Assembly (NCBI RefSeq): GCF_028622835.1
Contig: NZ_CP117677.1
Span: 1,658,820 to 1,722,819, forward strand
Reading direction: 5' to 3'
Length of the DNA stretch: 64,000 nt
From: Caloramator sp. mosi_1
GTDB lineage: Bacteria > Bacillota > Clostridia > Clostridiales > Caloramatoraceae
The notes under the pieces are model-generated. The model ran no database searches, was not told the origin of the DNA, and saw nothing but the letters and a program-made list of their open reading frames with translations. Of the stretch, positions 1 through 11,224 are shown piece by piece (within the stretch, counting starts at the first letter, position 1; each line of letters begins with the position of its first letter). A program made the position numbers and the translations under genes.

Positions 1-169
1 AACTTGCAGGAGTAATGCATACAGAAAGTGGTAACTTACTTTTGCAATCTACTATTATATGTGCTTCCCATCTGTAAAAAGAAGTAGAGGCTGAATTAGA
101 GGAAGTCAAAAAGGAAACTTTAATTTTAAAGGGATAGAAGGGGAGAATAAATAATTTTAGGAGTTTACT

Positions 170-472
170 TTGGTAGGCTCTATTTTCATAAGTGAAGATG
201 TTATATCATCCTTTGAAGGGATTGACGTTGAAATAGAATTAAATCAGCTATCTCTTGAAAGTAGAGCTTTGCTTCAGGGTGCAAAAGTTGTAAAAGGTGT
301 ATTAGTAGAAAGCAAAGATGATATATCACCAATAATAGCACTTGGTTTTAAGTCAAAAAAGATGAATGGAAAGTATAGATATGTGTGGCTTTTAAAAGGT
401 AAATTTGAACTTATATCAGATGAATATGATACTGAGGCAGAAAAACCAAAGCCACAAAAGTGCAAAGCTTAA
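170..472 (+). CDS. Phage major tail protein-like fragment (phi13/TP901-like MTP C-terminal region); part of a prophage tail-gene remnant at the window start
   Basis: ORF translation contains GKYRYVWLLKGKF and TEAEKPKPQ, typical of siphovirus major tail proteins; a short chaperone-like ORF follows; the region ends at an IS. Confidence 0.35.
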   Translation: MVGSIFISEDVISSFEGIDVEIELNQLSLESRALLQGAKVVKGVLVESKDDISPIIALGFKSKKMNGKYRYVWLLKGKFELISDEYDTEAEKPKPQKCKA

Positions 473-663
473 AGAAAAATTTATTAAAGGGACTTTGATG
501 GAAATTATAGATTTATTGCTGATGAAGATGCTATATGTGTAGATGAAAGTATTATAAACAGCTGGTTTGATGCAGTAGTGAGTGAGCCGGAACAAACAAT
601 TTAAAGAAGATGATTTAAAGATAACCATTTATTATTATATCAATAAAATGATATAATATAGAT

Positions 664-1590
664 ATTAGATATGAGCATAATTAAATAAAAAATGAAACAC
701 AAAAGTTAAATTATTACAATTTTTAATAAGCGTAGCTTAACTATCTAAAATGGAACTTAAATTGAAATGAAATAAATAAAAAGGTAGACTATCCCTTTGG
801 TGAAATTGATGCTTAAAAATTTTGATATATCTTAGCTTAAGCTGTCTTTTTAATCCCGATAGGGATTTGTATTTATCAACACAGCCAGATTTTATAGCAG
901 CAATTGCAATAGTTAAAAGACAAATATGTCCGATTGTATTTAGATTAGCAACAGAGTTAATATTTTTAACATAAGCTTGCTCAGTATTTAGATTCTTCCA
1001 TCTAGAATTGTATCTTTCAGATTCAGTTCTAAGACTGTATATTTTCTTGAAAAATATAGAATCACGATTTATGGAAGATCTATAATCAGTGCCAATACTT
1101 ATGTATTTTACACAACCTCTGTTTTTCTTACCGTTAAAGAATTTTTCGTGGTTACATGGACATAAAGAATCATCTTTAGAAGTTCTAAAAGGACAGCAAA
1201 ACTTTTGTTTAATATAGGAATCAAAATATTGTTTGCCATCTTTATGCATTGCTAATCCAGCATCGCATATTACATTACCTGTGGATGTTAAGTCTTTAGG
1301 CTTTCTTCCACGTTTATTTAATGCAATGAAAGCATGACCTTTAAGGGTATTACGAATAAAGTCATGATTTTGCTTTGAATCATAGCCTTTATCAGCAATA
1401 ATATAACTACCTTTGAGTGGGAACCACTCATTTGTATCAGATAGGATTTCTGTAAAGTTAGAAATTTCATTGACATCAGCGGTTGTAGTAAATTCAGCAA
1501 TGGGAAGACCAGAGATAGCATCACAAATAACATGATTTTTGTATCCCCAGTAGAATTCATATTTTTCTTTGAATTATTAGGTTTATCTTC
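664..1590 (-). mobile_element. Degenerate, 5'-truncated copy of the IS1182/IS5-like element found intact at 16825..18460
   Basis: About 95% nucleotide identity to 16828..17760, including the end 'tagatatgagcataattaaataaaaaat'; similarity stops abruptly at ~1590 where TnpB-like sequence begins. Confidence 0.8.
737..1590 (-). pseudogene. DDE transposase C-terminal fragment (IS1182-like), frameshifted and truncated
   Basis: ORFs 737..1249 and 1318..1704 match the C-terminal half of the 16918..18132 transposase; the N-terminal half is absent. Confidence 0.8.
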
Positions 1591-1596
1591 TGAAAC

Positions 1597-2433
1597 TTGA
1601 ACATTCATAGAGTTATTAGCAGAGAGCTTTTTAGAGATAATAGCATAGGGTTTCCTAAATTCAAGAAGAAAAAAGGATATCAATCCTATACAACAAATAA
1701 TCAAAATGGGACAGTTGATATTATAGATGGTTACTTAAAAATACCAAAGTTAAAAACAAAGATAAAAATAAAACAACATAGGCAATTTGAAGGAATTATT
1801 AAATCAGTAACAATATCTAAAACACCAACAGAAAAGTATTATGCTTCTATAATTAGTAGAAACAGAGATAAAGCAGTTACCAGAAGTAGATAAAAAAATT
1901 GGAATAGATTTAGGGTTAAAGGAATTTGCAATATTATCAGATGGAGCAAAAATAGAAAATCCCAAATGGCTAAGAAGAACTGAAAAAGAATAAAGAAACT
2001 ACAAAGAGATTTATCAAGGAAACAAAAGAGTAGTAAAAATTATGAGAAAAATAGACAAAAACTTGCTAAATTACACGAAAAAATAACTAATCAAAGAAGA
2101 GATTTTCTTCATAAATTGTCCTCTAAAATTATAAACGAAAACCAAGTTATAGTTTTAGAGGATTTGAAGGTAAAGAATATGCAACAAAATAGATGTTTAT
2201 CAAAATCAATAAGTGAAGTATCCTGGGCAGAATTTAGAAGAATATTAGAATATAAAGCAAAGTGGTATGGAAGAGAAATAATAATAGCACCACAAAACTA
2301 TGCATCAAGTCAAATATGTAGTGAATGTGGATATAAAAACTCAGAGGTAAAGAATTTAGCATTGAGAGAATGGAAATGTCCTAATTGTGGTGTAATACAT
2401 GACAGAGATATAAATGCGTCAAAAACTTGCTAA
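1597..2433 (+). pseudogene. tnpB: IS200/IS605-family TnpB (OrfB) remnant, N-terminally truncated and frameshifted
   Basis: The pieces translate to 'KIGIDLGLKEFAILSDGAKIENPKWL', 'LEDLKVKNM' and the zinc-finger tail '[36 protein letters not shown]' (RuvC-like plus ZnF of TnpB); no tnpA or left end is present. Confidence 0.75.
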
Positions 2434-2550
2434 AATTAGCTATTTAGATGGTAAAACTGGGGATGGAACAGCCCTTTGAGCGTGGGTAATCTGGTAGCAG
2501 AAGCTATCTTGACCACGAAGCCACCACCTCTATAGGTGGGGGTAGTTCAC
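2420..2550 (+). repeat. IS200/IS605-family right-end segment (tnpB 3' end plus RE) with a conserved hairpin; candidate omega-RNA (TnpB guide RNA) scaffold, copy 1
   Basis: About 130 nt, ~92% identical to 13083..13213 ('tttagatggtaaaactggggatggaacagccctttgag...ccaccacctctataggtgggggtagtt'); flanks diverge immediately after '...ggtagttYac'. Confidence 0.6.
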
Positions 2551-2836
2551 GCAAGAATAACTCTGTATCATAAGATAAGTCACTACCATTAAAGTTAAAT
2601 ATTATTTTATTATTGAATTTTAAACAAGCATCAGATAAACTATACATAGGGGTTCTTCATTTGTCTGGTATTTGTTTGATGATTATATTATAACAAATTT
2701 GGAACCTCTATTTTATTATTTTTGAATTCACTTTTTAATTGAAATGTATGTTAGTGAATAGTTTAGTTATTATGTGCTATAGAGCATTTTCAAAATATAA
2801 TGGATAAAAAATCATTAATAAAGAAGGTGAAAGAAA

Positions 2837-4395
2837 ATGAAGGATGAAACTATAAAAAGTATTTTATTAAGGGTAAATACGTTAAAAAATAGATTAATTC
2901 TAAAAAGTATTTTTGTTGGAATAAGTAGTAGTTTATTGGTTATATTATACAGGATAATGATAATAAAAGCAGATTTAATACGAGAATATGCTTTACATAG
3001 ATATAGTCAGAATAAGTATGAAATTGTTTTTATTCTATTAGTTGTAATAATTAATTCATATATTGTTGATAGATTGGTAAAATCTGAGCCAATGATAAGT
3101 GGTAGTGGTATACCCCAAATAAGAGGAATTTTATTAAGAAAAATTTATTATAATCCATTAAGCGTTATATGTAAAAAAATTATTGGAGGATTTTTAGCTG
3201 TTGTAAATGGCTTGTCTGTAGGACGTGAAGGCCCTTCAATTCAAGTAGGTGCAACTGTTGGAATGCAGGTTAGTAAAATTTTAAATTTAAATAAAATTGA
3301 AGAGAAGTATTTAGTTACGGCTGGAGCAAGTGCAGGTCTTGCAGCTGCATTTAATGCTCCTTTATCTGCTGTCATTTTTTCATTAGAGGAACTTCATAAA
3401 AATTTTTCTCCAGTCATTTTACTCACATCTATGGCTTCAGCTATAATTTCTGATTTTATTTCAAAAAGTGTTTTTGGTTTGAAACCAGTTTTTGATTTTA
3501 AATTAAATAATACACTACCTTTAAATTATTATCCAATACTAATTGCTCTTAGCATATTAACAGGTATATTAGGAGTTTATTTTAATAGATGTCTAATAAG
3601 AACACTTGAATTAACAAAAAGTTTAAATATAAGATGCTTACAACATCTTTATTAGGTGTTATATTTCTTATTAATTTACCTGAAGTATTAGGTGGAGGTC
3701 ACGATTTGATAATAAAACTCACAGAGAAACAATATACATTAAAACTATTATTGTTAATTTTAGTTATTAAATTTGTATATACTTTGATTAGCTATAGTTC
3801 ATCAGCACCAGGAGGAATATTTCTCCCTATGTTGGTGATAGGATCACTAATTGGGAATATATATGCTTTAATTTTAATAAAGTTATTTAATCTCGATAGT
3901 ATTTATAACATTAATTTTGTAGTTTTGGGTATGGCTGGGTATTTTGCATCAGTTGTTAGAGCTCCTATTACTGGAATTATATTAATTACAGAATTAGTGG
4001 GTTCCTTTAATTACATACTTCCATTGTCTTTAGCATCCTTTACTTCATATGTTGTTGCTGAATTTTTAAGAGAAGAACCTATATATGAAGTGCTCTTAGA
4101 TAGGCTTTTGGGAAATAAACTGGAGAATAAAGAATTAGGATTAGAAGCTAAGAAAAGACCATATTTGAAATACAAATAAGTACTGATAGCGAAATAGATG
4201 GAGTTAAAATTAAGGATTATAAATGGCCAAAAGGATGCTTGATTGTTTCGGTTAAAAGAGGTGAAAAGAAATAATACCAAATGGTGATACTGTACTTCAA
4301 GCTGGAGATATTATAACTATACTTTCGACTGAAGGATGTTCTTGTAAGTATAAAATGGCATTGATAGAAAGAGCAACAACAAATATTCTTAAATA
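2837..4395 (+). CDS. Voltage-gated ClC chloride channel with C-terminal TrkA-C domain (three reading-frame pieces)
   Basis: GSGIPQ and GREGP ClC motifs; the TrkA-C-like tail 'GDTVLQAGDIITIL' is in a shifted frame; frame breaks coincide with A-runs. Confidence 0.8.
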
Positions 4396-4425
4396 AAAGA
4401 TAGTTTAAATTAAATATTAAAAAAG

Positions 4426-4641
4426 GTTCTATAATAAATGCTGGGGCATAGCCCCAGCATATTTTTACAACAAACTTTGTCAATTCATGTATTTTTTTAA
4501 ATACAAATATTGTTGGTCATTTTGCCACATAATTTTTATTTAGAAACTCCCTTAATTCAATTTATCTTGTGAAAATTCTTATCAAATAAAGAAGGACAGG
4601 CATTCTAATAGAATTCCCTCCCCAACTATTAACAAATAGCT
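4426..4641. repeat. ISL3-derived MITE-like element: IRL-like end 'ggttctataataaatgctggggcatagccccagcat' and inverted IRR-like end '...aggacaggcattctaatagaattccctccccaactattaacaaatagc'
   Basis: Both ends match the terminal ~45 bp of the ISL3 copies at 19387/20862 with no transposase between them; the IRL-like end contains a perfect 10-bp hairpin plus T-run (4437..4470) placed to terminate the ClC gene. Confidence 0.6.
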
Positions 4642-4857
4642 ATTATAAAATCTATTAAAGTTTTATTGGTTTAGTAAGATATTTTAATGTTATATTAGAA
4701 AATACATATACTAAATTTTTAGTGCATTTTTATTTTAATGCCTTTTTTACTGTATATGTTGAAATGAATGATACTAAAAACATTGCAATTGATGCTAAAA
4801 TAAATACATAATTAAAATTATTATATATATTAATAATTTTACCGTTTACGCTTGTTC

Positions 4858-5886
4858 CTATTGCACCACCAACAAACATATTAAAGGATGCAAGTGACAT
4901 AGCGGTTCCCTTAATGCAGGCATTGTTTCTTGTGCAGTTGAAACAAGTGTTGATTGTAGTGAAACAAATGCAAGACCAAAACCAAACAGTGAAATAACTA
5001 TTAAAGTGATTGATGAAGTAGATGCAAGAAGATATAAAGATAATGAACCAATTACTCCTAATATTAGAAGGAATTTATTTTTAAGTTTTGCCCTAAGTTT
5101 AGGAGCTACTCTTCCACCTATAACTGTAGCAATACCAAAAGAAGTTAAAACAATACCAACTAATAAAATGTTATATCCTGTTTTTGACTGAATTAGTTTA
5201 CCAGTGTATGTGAAACTTCCAAAAACACTAAAACCAACAAGCATAATAGTTGATACAACAGCAACAAGTTTTTGGTTTGAAAGTGCTTGCTTATATACAC
5301 TTGATAGGTTTAGTTTGTTAATTTTACCAGGTAATTTTGGTAGTTTCTTTAGCATAATTAAAGCTAAAATAAATTCACCTAAACCGTAGATAAAGTAAAC
5401 TGCTCTCCAAGAACCAAGATAAGCAAGAATACCTCCAATTAATGTAGCTGAAGCACCACCTAAAAACATCATACCCATAACTTTACCTATTGATTTTTGT
5501 CTTTCGTTTTGTTCAAATACTTCACCTATAAGAGCCATTGTTACAGGAAAATACCTGCACCAAAGGCACCATTTACAGCTCTAAAAAAATAAGTGATGGT
5601 AGATTAAAAGCAAATGCACCAAGCATACTAAATATTGCAGTTCCGAAGGCGGCTATATTTATTATTTTTGTCTTACCATATCTATCCCCAAGAGGCCCAA
5701 ATAAAATTGTAAATACACCAAATGCTAACATATAAGCAGTTACTGAAATTGCAGCAGTTGTTAATTTAAGGTTTAAATCTTTTGCAATATTTATTATTAG
5801 TGGAGCAGCTGCATAATTATCTCCATTAGCTAAAAAGCCATAAGACCAAGAAGAATCAAAATAATTTGTTTGTCTTTATTATTCAC
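4858..5886 (-). CDS. MFS transporter (two frame pieces; GTG start at 5886)
   Basis: 12-TM-like hydrophobic profile; N-terminal half in a different frame at 5540..5886; divergent from the PadR gene. Confidence 0.75.
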
Positions 5887-6524
5887 AATAACACCTCCAA
5901 AAGTTTTAAAATTATATAAGCAAATAATAAAATAATTATATTATAAAATTATAATATAATATTATAATAACTTCTTTGTATTGTCAACAATATAATTAAT
6001 TAATAAATTACTTAGACAAAAAATCTATAAATAATCAATTATCTAAAATATGATAAACACAAAAATATACTAAAAACTAAAAAAGTAACTACAATTATAT
6101 TTGTTCATAAAAAGACTTAATACAAAAATATTAAATAGTTGTAGGTAATTGAAATTGATTAATTAGTCATAATAATTGTTGCTTTTAATTTAAAATAGCA
6201 ATTTTTAAATTGATATTAATAGTAATTTAAAAGATTAATTATTTAAAGTATGTATATTGAGTTAGTATTTTAATCAATTTTTGAGAAAAAGTAAACTATA
6301 AAAAGTGTATACAATTGTGATGCTATTAAGAAATAAATAAAGAAAAGGAAATACTAATATGTTTATAGTTTTTAAAATATTTTGTATAGAAAAAATATTT
6401 TATTTATCTTTTTATATTTTTAAAAAATGAATGAAAAATTGCAAAAATTATAGACGCAATGCGATTTAAATGTTATATTTAATATATAGGCAATTAGTAT
6501 TGTACATTTAAAGAGGTGAAATTA

Positions 6525-6896
6525 ATGTCTAATGGTCAAACAAGAAATAGGCAATTACCAAGTAAGTTTAATACAACAACAATAGTTAAATTATTTATTT
6601 TACATTTTTTAAATAGTAAGAACTGCTATGGTAATGAGCTGATTGATTTGATTGAAAATAGTTTGAATTACATATGGAAACCAAGCCCTGGAATGATATA
6701 TCCATTGCTTAGAGATATGGAAGAAAACCTTTTAATTGAAGGATGGTGGGAGGAACCTGATAAAAAGACAAAAAGGATATATAGAATAACTGATAATGGC
6801 AGAAAGCATTATGAAATAATCAAGAATTTAAACAAGCCATTAATTGAAGAGTCAATGTATATTTTAAAATATACATTAAAGACTATATATGAATGA
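6525..6896 (+). CDS. PadR-family transcriptional regulator
   Basis: Winged-helix PadR signature ('NCYGNELIDLIE...PSPGMIYPLLRDMEE...RIYRITDNGRKHY'); RBS aagagg upstream; alternative GTG start at 6516. Confidence 0.8.
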   Translation: MSNGQTRNRQLPSKFNTTTIVKLFILHFLNSKNCYGNELIDLIENSLNYIWKPSPGMIYPLLRDMEENLLIEGWWEEPDKKTKRIYRITDNGRKHYEIIKNLNKPLIEESMYILKYTLKTIYE

Positions 6897-6913
6897 TTTT
6901 TGGGAGGGATATT

Positions 6914-8104
6914 ATGGAGTTATCAAAAAGCAAGACAAATTGCACCATCAACTACTTTAGCAATCACAGCAAAGGCAAAAAAATGAAGAGCGAAGGAATA
7001 AATGTTATTAGCTTTGGAGCTGGTGAACCAGATTTTGATACACCTCAATATATTAAAGATGCAGCTATTGATGCAATAAATAATGGATTAACAAGATATA
7101 CTCCTGCTTCAGGTATTATTGAATTAAAAGAAGCTATTTGTGATAAATTGAGAAATGAAAATGGCTTAGAGTATACACCCTCTGAAATTGTAGTTTCAAA
7201 TGGTGCAAAACATTCTATTTATAATGCACTAATGGCTATTTGCAACCCAGGGGATGAAGTTATAATTCCTATACCTTATTGGGTTAGTTATCCAGAACTT
7301 GTAAAGTTGGTGGATGCAGTACCAGTTTACATAGAAACAGACGAAAGTAATCAATTTAAAATTAATATAGATGATTTAAAGAGAAAGATTACATCAAAAA
7401 CAAAGGCAATTATATTAAACAGTCCAAGCAATCCTACAGGAACAGTTTATACAGAAGAAGAACTATTAAAAATTGCTGAAGTAGTTGTTGAAAATGATTT
7501 GATAGTTATATCAGATGAAATATATGAAAAATTAATCTATGATGGTTATAAACATATAAGTATTGCTTCTCTAAATGAAGATATTAAGCAAAGAACTATT
7601 GTAATAAACGGTATGTCAAAGGCATATGCAATGACAGGTTGGAGAATTGGTTATACTGCTTCAAACAGAGAGATTGCTTCATTGATGGCTAATATACAAA
7701 GCCACGCAACTTCTAATCCTAATACTATTGCACAGTATGCAAGTGTTAAGGCTTTGAAAGGAAGTCAAGAAGAAATTGAAGTGATGAGAAAAGAGTTTGA
7801 AAATAGAAGAAACTTTATGGTTGAGAGAATTAACAGGATATCTGGGTTAACTTGTGTGAATCCAGTAGGAGCATTTTATGTAATGGTAAACATTTCAAGT
7901 ATAAAGGGAAGAATGTTTAATGGGAAAAATATATTAACATCTTTAGATTTTGCTAATTTATTATTAGAAGAAGAAAATGTAGCAGTTATTCCAGGAGATG
8001 CTTTTGGAGATGATAATTATATAAGATTGTCATTTGCAACATCTTTGGAACAAATTAAAGAAGGCTTAGATAGAATTGATACTTTTATTCAAAAACTAAA
8101 GTAG
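6914..8104 (+). CDS. aspC: Aspartate aminotransferase (class I PLP aminotransferase)
   Basis: 'SFGAGEPDFDTP' and 'SKAYAMTGWRIGY' (PLP-lysine region); N-terminus is disturbed by a compensating pair of homopolymer indels. Confidence 0.9.
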   Translation: MELSKSKTNCTINYFSNHSKGKKMKSEGINVISFGAGEPDFDTPQYIKDAAIDAINNGLTRYTPASGIIELKEAICDKLRNENGLEYTPSEIVVSNGAKHSIYNALMAICNPGDEVIIPIPYWVSYPELVKLVDAVPVYIETDESNQFKINIDDLKRKITSKTKAIILNSPSNPTGTVYTEEELLKIAEVVVENDLIVISDEIYEKLIYDGYKHISIASLNEDIKQRTIVINGMSKAYAMTGWRIGYTASNREIASLMANIQSHATSNPNTIAQYASVKALKGSQEEIEVMRKEFENRRNFMVERINRISGLTCVNPVGAFYVMVNISSIKGRMFNGKNILTSLDFANLLLEEENVAVIPGDAFGDDNYIRLSFATSLEQIKEGLDRIDTFIQKLK

Positions 8105-8127
8105 GAGAAATACTCCTACTTTTATGG

Positions 8128-8440
8128 TTCTTTATCAATAGTTGGGGAGGGTATTTTATTAGAATACCTATCCCTTTTTAGTCATAGGGATTTTTCAAAG
8201 AGAGATTAGATGGGAGAGTTTCTTATATACGTTAAAACTTTTAGAAATAAGCATTGGGGTTAGGGGTGAGGTGAGGTTAATATTAAATGTTTTGTCGTAA
8301 TCCAGCATATTTTTTATAAAAAGATATATGCCTGATTAAACACCTGTTAAGATTAGGGTATTTACACAAAAACCTTACTTGAAAAGAGGCATTAATCAAG
8401 TGTGCACTAATAAATTTATTAAAAATTTATGTTTTAATAC
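8128..8440. mobile_element. Truncated end of an ISL3-family relative (terminal IR, leader and first ~12 transposase codons)
   Basis: 'ggttctttatcaatagttggggagggtat...' resembles the ISL3 IRs; '...ccagcatattttttataaaaag...aaaaccttacttgaaaagaggcattaatcaagtgtgcactaataaatttattaaaaattta' parallels the IRL-proximal leader and tnp start (VCTNKFIKNL vs VHTNNSIKNL). Confidence 0.5.
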
Positions 8441-8466
8441 GGGTTTTTCTGGTTATACATATCTAA

Positions 8467-9350
8467 CTAATTAGACAACGTGATTACTGTTACCTCAGGC
8501 CTATTATTAAATCTTAAGCCAAAATCTCCATTACCTAACCCTCTATTTACAATTAAAATATTATTATTAATTTCATACTTACCAGCATTGTATTTAGGAA
8601 AGAAAACTCTCTCCGGAGAAAGAAATCCACCGATAAAAGGTATTCTTATTATTCCACCGTGAATATGCCCACATAAAGTTAAATCAGCACCCCAAGAAGA
8701 ATATGTTTTAAAATAAAGTGGATTATGGGTTAATAATATGTTATAAGTCCTGTCATCTATTTTACCCAAAATTTTTTCAATCTTATCTAAATCAAAAAAT
8801 ACATCCTTTGTATATTGATTTTTAGAATCTTTATAGTATTTTAGGTTATAGCATAAACCATATAAATTTATTTTATCTTCTCCTTTAATTAGAGTAAATT
8901 TTTGATTGTTAAGTATTTTAACTCCAAGTTCATCAAGCCTATTAAATAATTCTCTTTTTTATTATCAGATAAATTTTGTTCGTGATTTCCAACTATATAA
9001 TATACATCATAATCTTTACTTAGTTGTTCTGATAAACTTAAAAACACATTATAATCAGTATCCTTTGTATTAATCATATCTCCTGTCATAACAATTATAT
9101 TAGGTGATTCTCTTTTAATATTTTTAATGAGCTTGTCATTATTTCTCCCAAAACTTTTACTATGCAAATCCGATATCTGAACTATTTTGAAATTATTAAA
9201 TGCATTTGGGATTTTATTAGATATAACCGTATAATGCGAGACCTGTAAAATATTATTTTCATAATAATACAAAGCAATTAAAAATAAAATTGTTATTAGA
9301 GTTAAATTCCATTTTTTAAATTTTATTTTCATATTAATTTTATCCTCCAA
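8467..9350 (-). CDS. Membrane-anchored metallophosphoesterase (calcineurin-like), two frame pieces
   Basis: 'MTGDMIN' and 'IVGNHE' phosphoesterase motifs; N-terminal TM helix; frameshift near 8950 in a T-run. Confidence 0.75.
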
Positions 9351-10062
9351 TTATAGATTAAAAATTTATATGGAAAATGTTTAATAGTAACTGCAATTTA
9401 ATTTTATAAATATAACTTTTCATAAACTTTATATACAACAATTAATCCTATAATTTTAAACAATATTACAAAATTATATCAATTATAACTATACTATACT
9501 ATGTATTTTCTATAATTTGCAATTATTTTTTAATAATAATTTTTTAAATAAAATTCATTATATGTTAAATACATATATAAATAGTTTCTTACAAAGAAGT
9601 TAAAGAAAAATAAGAGTAAAGTTTTATAGTTAGACGTGAAAACAAGCATTCTCACTTAATTACTTTTGAATTTTTGATTTGGTATAGGATGAAATTATAA
9701 AGATAAAAGAGGCAAAGGGTTATAAGACAGGAGGAAGTAATCTGGTTTTGAACATTAAGAATTTGTAGTTGTATATATAACCCTTCTAAAAATTTTATTG
9801 GTATGTGTTAAGATGAAATAATAGTAGCAACAATAAAGATAAAGTAGGTAAATATAAAACAATTATGTGTAATATGGTTTATATGGAATAATATAGAAAA
9901 AAGTGTTGACTTTATATTTCTATAGATTTAAAATGATTATAAATTAATTGGAATAAGTAACAATAAAAAGGATATATTTACACTTATGATAAATGCGTAG
10001 AGTATTTTTGTGTTTATTAGTCTTCAATCAATTAATAAAAAGAAGGTGGTATCATTAATAAG

Positions 10063-10455
10063 AGAATAGTTAAAATAATAATATTATCGATATCAATAAT
10101 TGCATTGTTGATGTTGCAATTTAAACCATTGCTTAATTATTTAAATAATCTAATTATATACAAAGAAACTCATATTAATTTATATAATAAAAAACCTATT
10201 TTTAAAGCTGAATCTTCACCAAGTTTTCACGGTGATGGAGTAGATTATTATGTATATAAACTAAAGAAAGCAGATATTGATTTAATAGTGAATGATAAAA
10301 TAAAAGATTCTAAATGGAATATATTGCCTATAGATAAAGAAATATATAGTGTTATAGATAAACAAATTACTTATGATGCTGAACTAACAAATTTACTTAA
10401 AAATACAGGCTATTGCCCGATACCAAATGTTAAAAATGGATATTATTTTTTATAA
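10063..10455 (+). CDS. Hypothetical small protein with N-terminal TM/signal anchor
   Basis: ORF with hydrophobic N-terminus (IVKIIILSISIIALLML); no recognisable family; start codon uncertain. Confidence 0.4.
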   Translation, partial: RIVKIIILSISIIALLMLQFKPLLNYLNNLIIYKETHINLYNKKPIFKAESSPSFHGDGVDYYVYKLKKADIDLIVNDKIKDSKWNILPIDKEIYSVIDKQITYDAELTNLLKNTGYCPIPNVKNGYYFL

Positions 10456-10798
10456 ATAAAAATAGCAATTCAAAAGATTATTATTTTAATTTTAAGCTAT
10501 ATATGTTAGATGTAGATAATTTTTTACTTTATTTAATTAAATATGATTCTTGATTTTTATTAGTTGATGGAAAAAAGTATTCCTTATAACAAAAATGTTG
10601 TTGCAAATTATTGCCCTCCTGTAAAGTAGGCAGTTTTAATACTCAACTTTTTAAAAATCATAGAGTATTAATGGGATTTGTTGACATTGTATTTGTAAAA
10701 TGTCCTAATATAGTGATAGTTTAAATAGGGTTTATTTATTATGTTAAAAGTTCATAAGAAGAAATTATAAAAAATAAAAGCCTTAATTTTGAGGTTTT

Positions 10799-10843
10799 AT
10801 CAAGCTCTTGACAAATTATGTTTGTCAAGAGCTTGATATTTTT
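10799..10843 (+). terminator. Rho-independent terminator (perfect 17-bp stem 'atcaagctcttgacaaa' / 'tttgtcaagagcttgat' plus T-run)
   Basis: Inverted repeat followed by 'atattttt', downstream of the 10063..10455 ORF. Confidence 0.7.
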
Positions 10844-10847
10844 GTAA

Positions 10848-10893
10848 AAATATGCTGGGGCTACGCCCCAACATTTATTATAGAACCTCATAT
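10848..10893. repeat. Solo ISL3 IRL-like terminal repeat ('...aatatgctggggctacgccccaacatttattatagaacc')
   Basis: Matches the last 45 bp of both ISL3 copies (20818..20862 and 54469..54513) but has no adjacent transposase. Confidence 0.6.
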
Positions 10894-11066
10894 TTTTGGT
10901 ATAGAGTCATTTTGTCGAAATATGTTGGTGAATAAATATTGAATAATCGAGTTAGAAATATTATTATTAAATAGTTATAATGTTTATAGTCAATTATTTT
11001 ATACAGATGTAAAGTATAAAACACATATTTGTAAAGATTATTTTACAAATATGTCAGATTGTTGAT

Positions 11067-11103
11067 AAACCCCGTGATATTTTAAATTCACGGGGTTTAT
11101 TTA
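11067..11103. terminator. Intrinsic terminator-like hairpin ('aaaccccgtga...tcacggggttt' plus T-run) in the nhaC upstream region
   Basis: 9-bp GC-rich stem and U-tract; no annotated gene immediately upstream; possible small RNA or leader terminator. Confidence 0.5.
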
Positions 11104-11224
11104 TGCTGGTAGCATATAAATTTTTAAGGAGATTTTCAAAATTTGTTTTAATTATAAATAAAATATATGGTTTATGGCATATAAGTTGCTTAAATATGTT
11201 AAAATTTAAACAGGAGGGATATAA

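Noticed and set aside
5880-6510. A 600-bp, very AT-rich region with short repeats, considered as a replication origin or CRISPR leader
   Set aside because: No DnaA-box clusters and no repeat-spacer periodicity. It is a divergent promoter region between the MFS and PadR genes.
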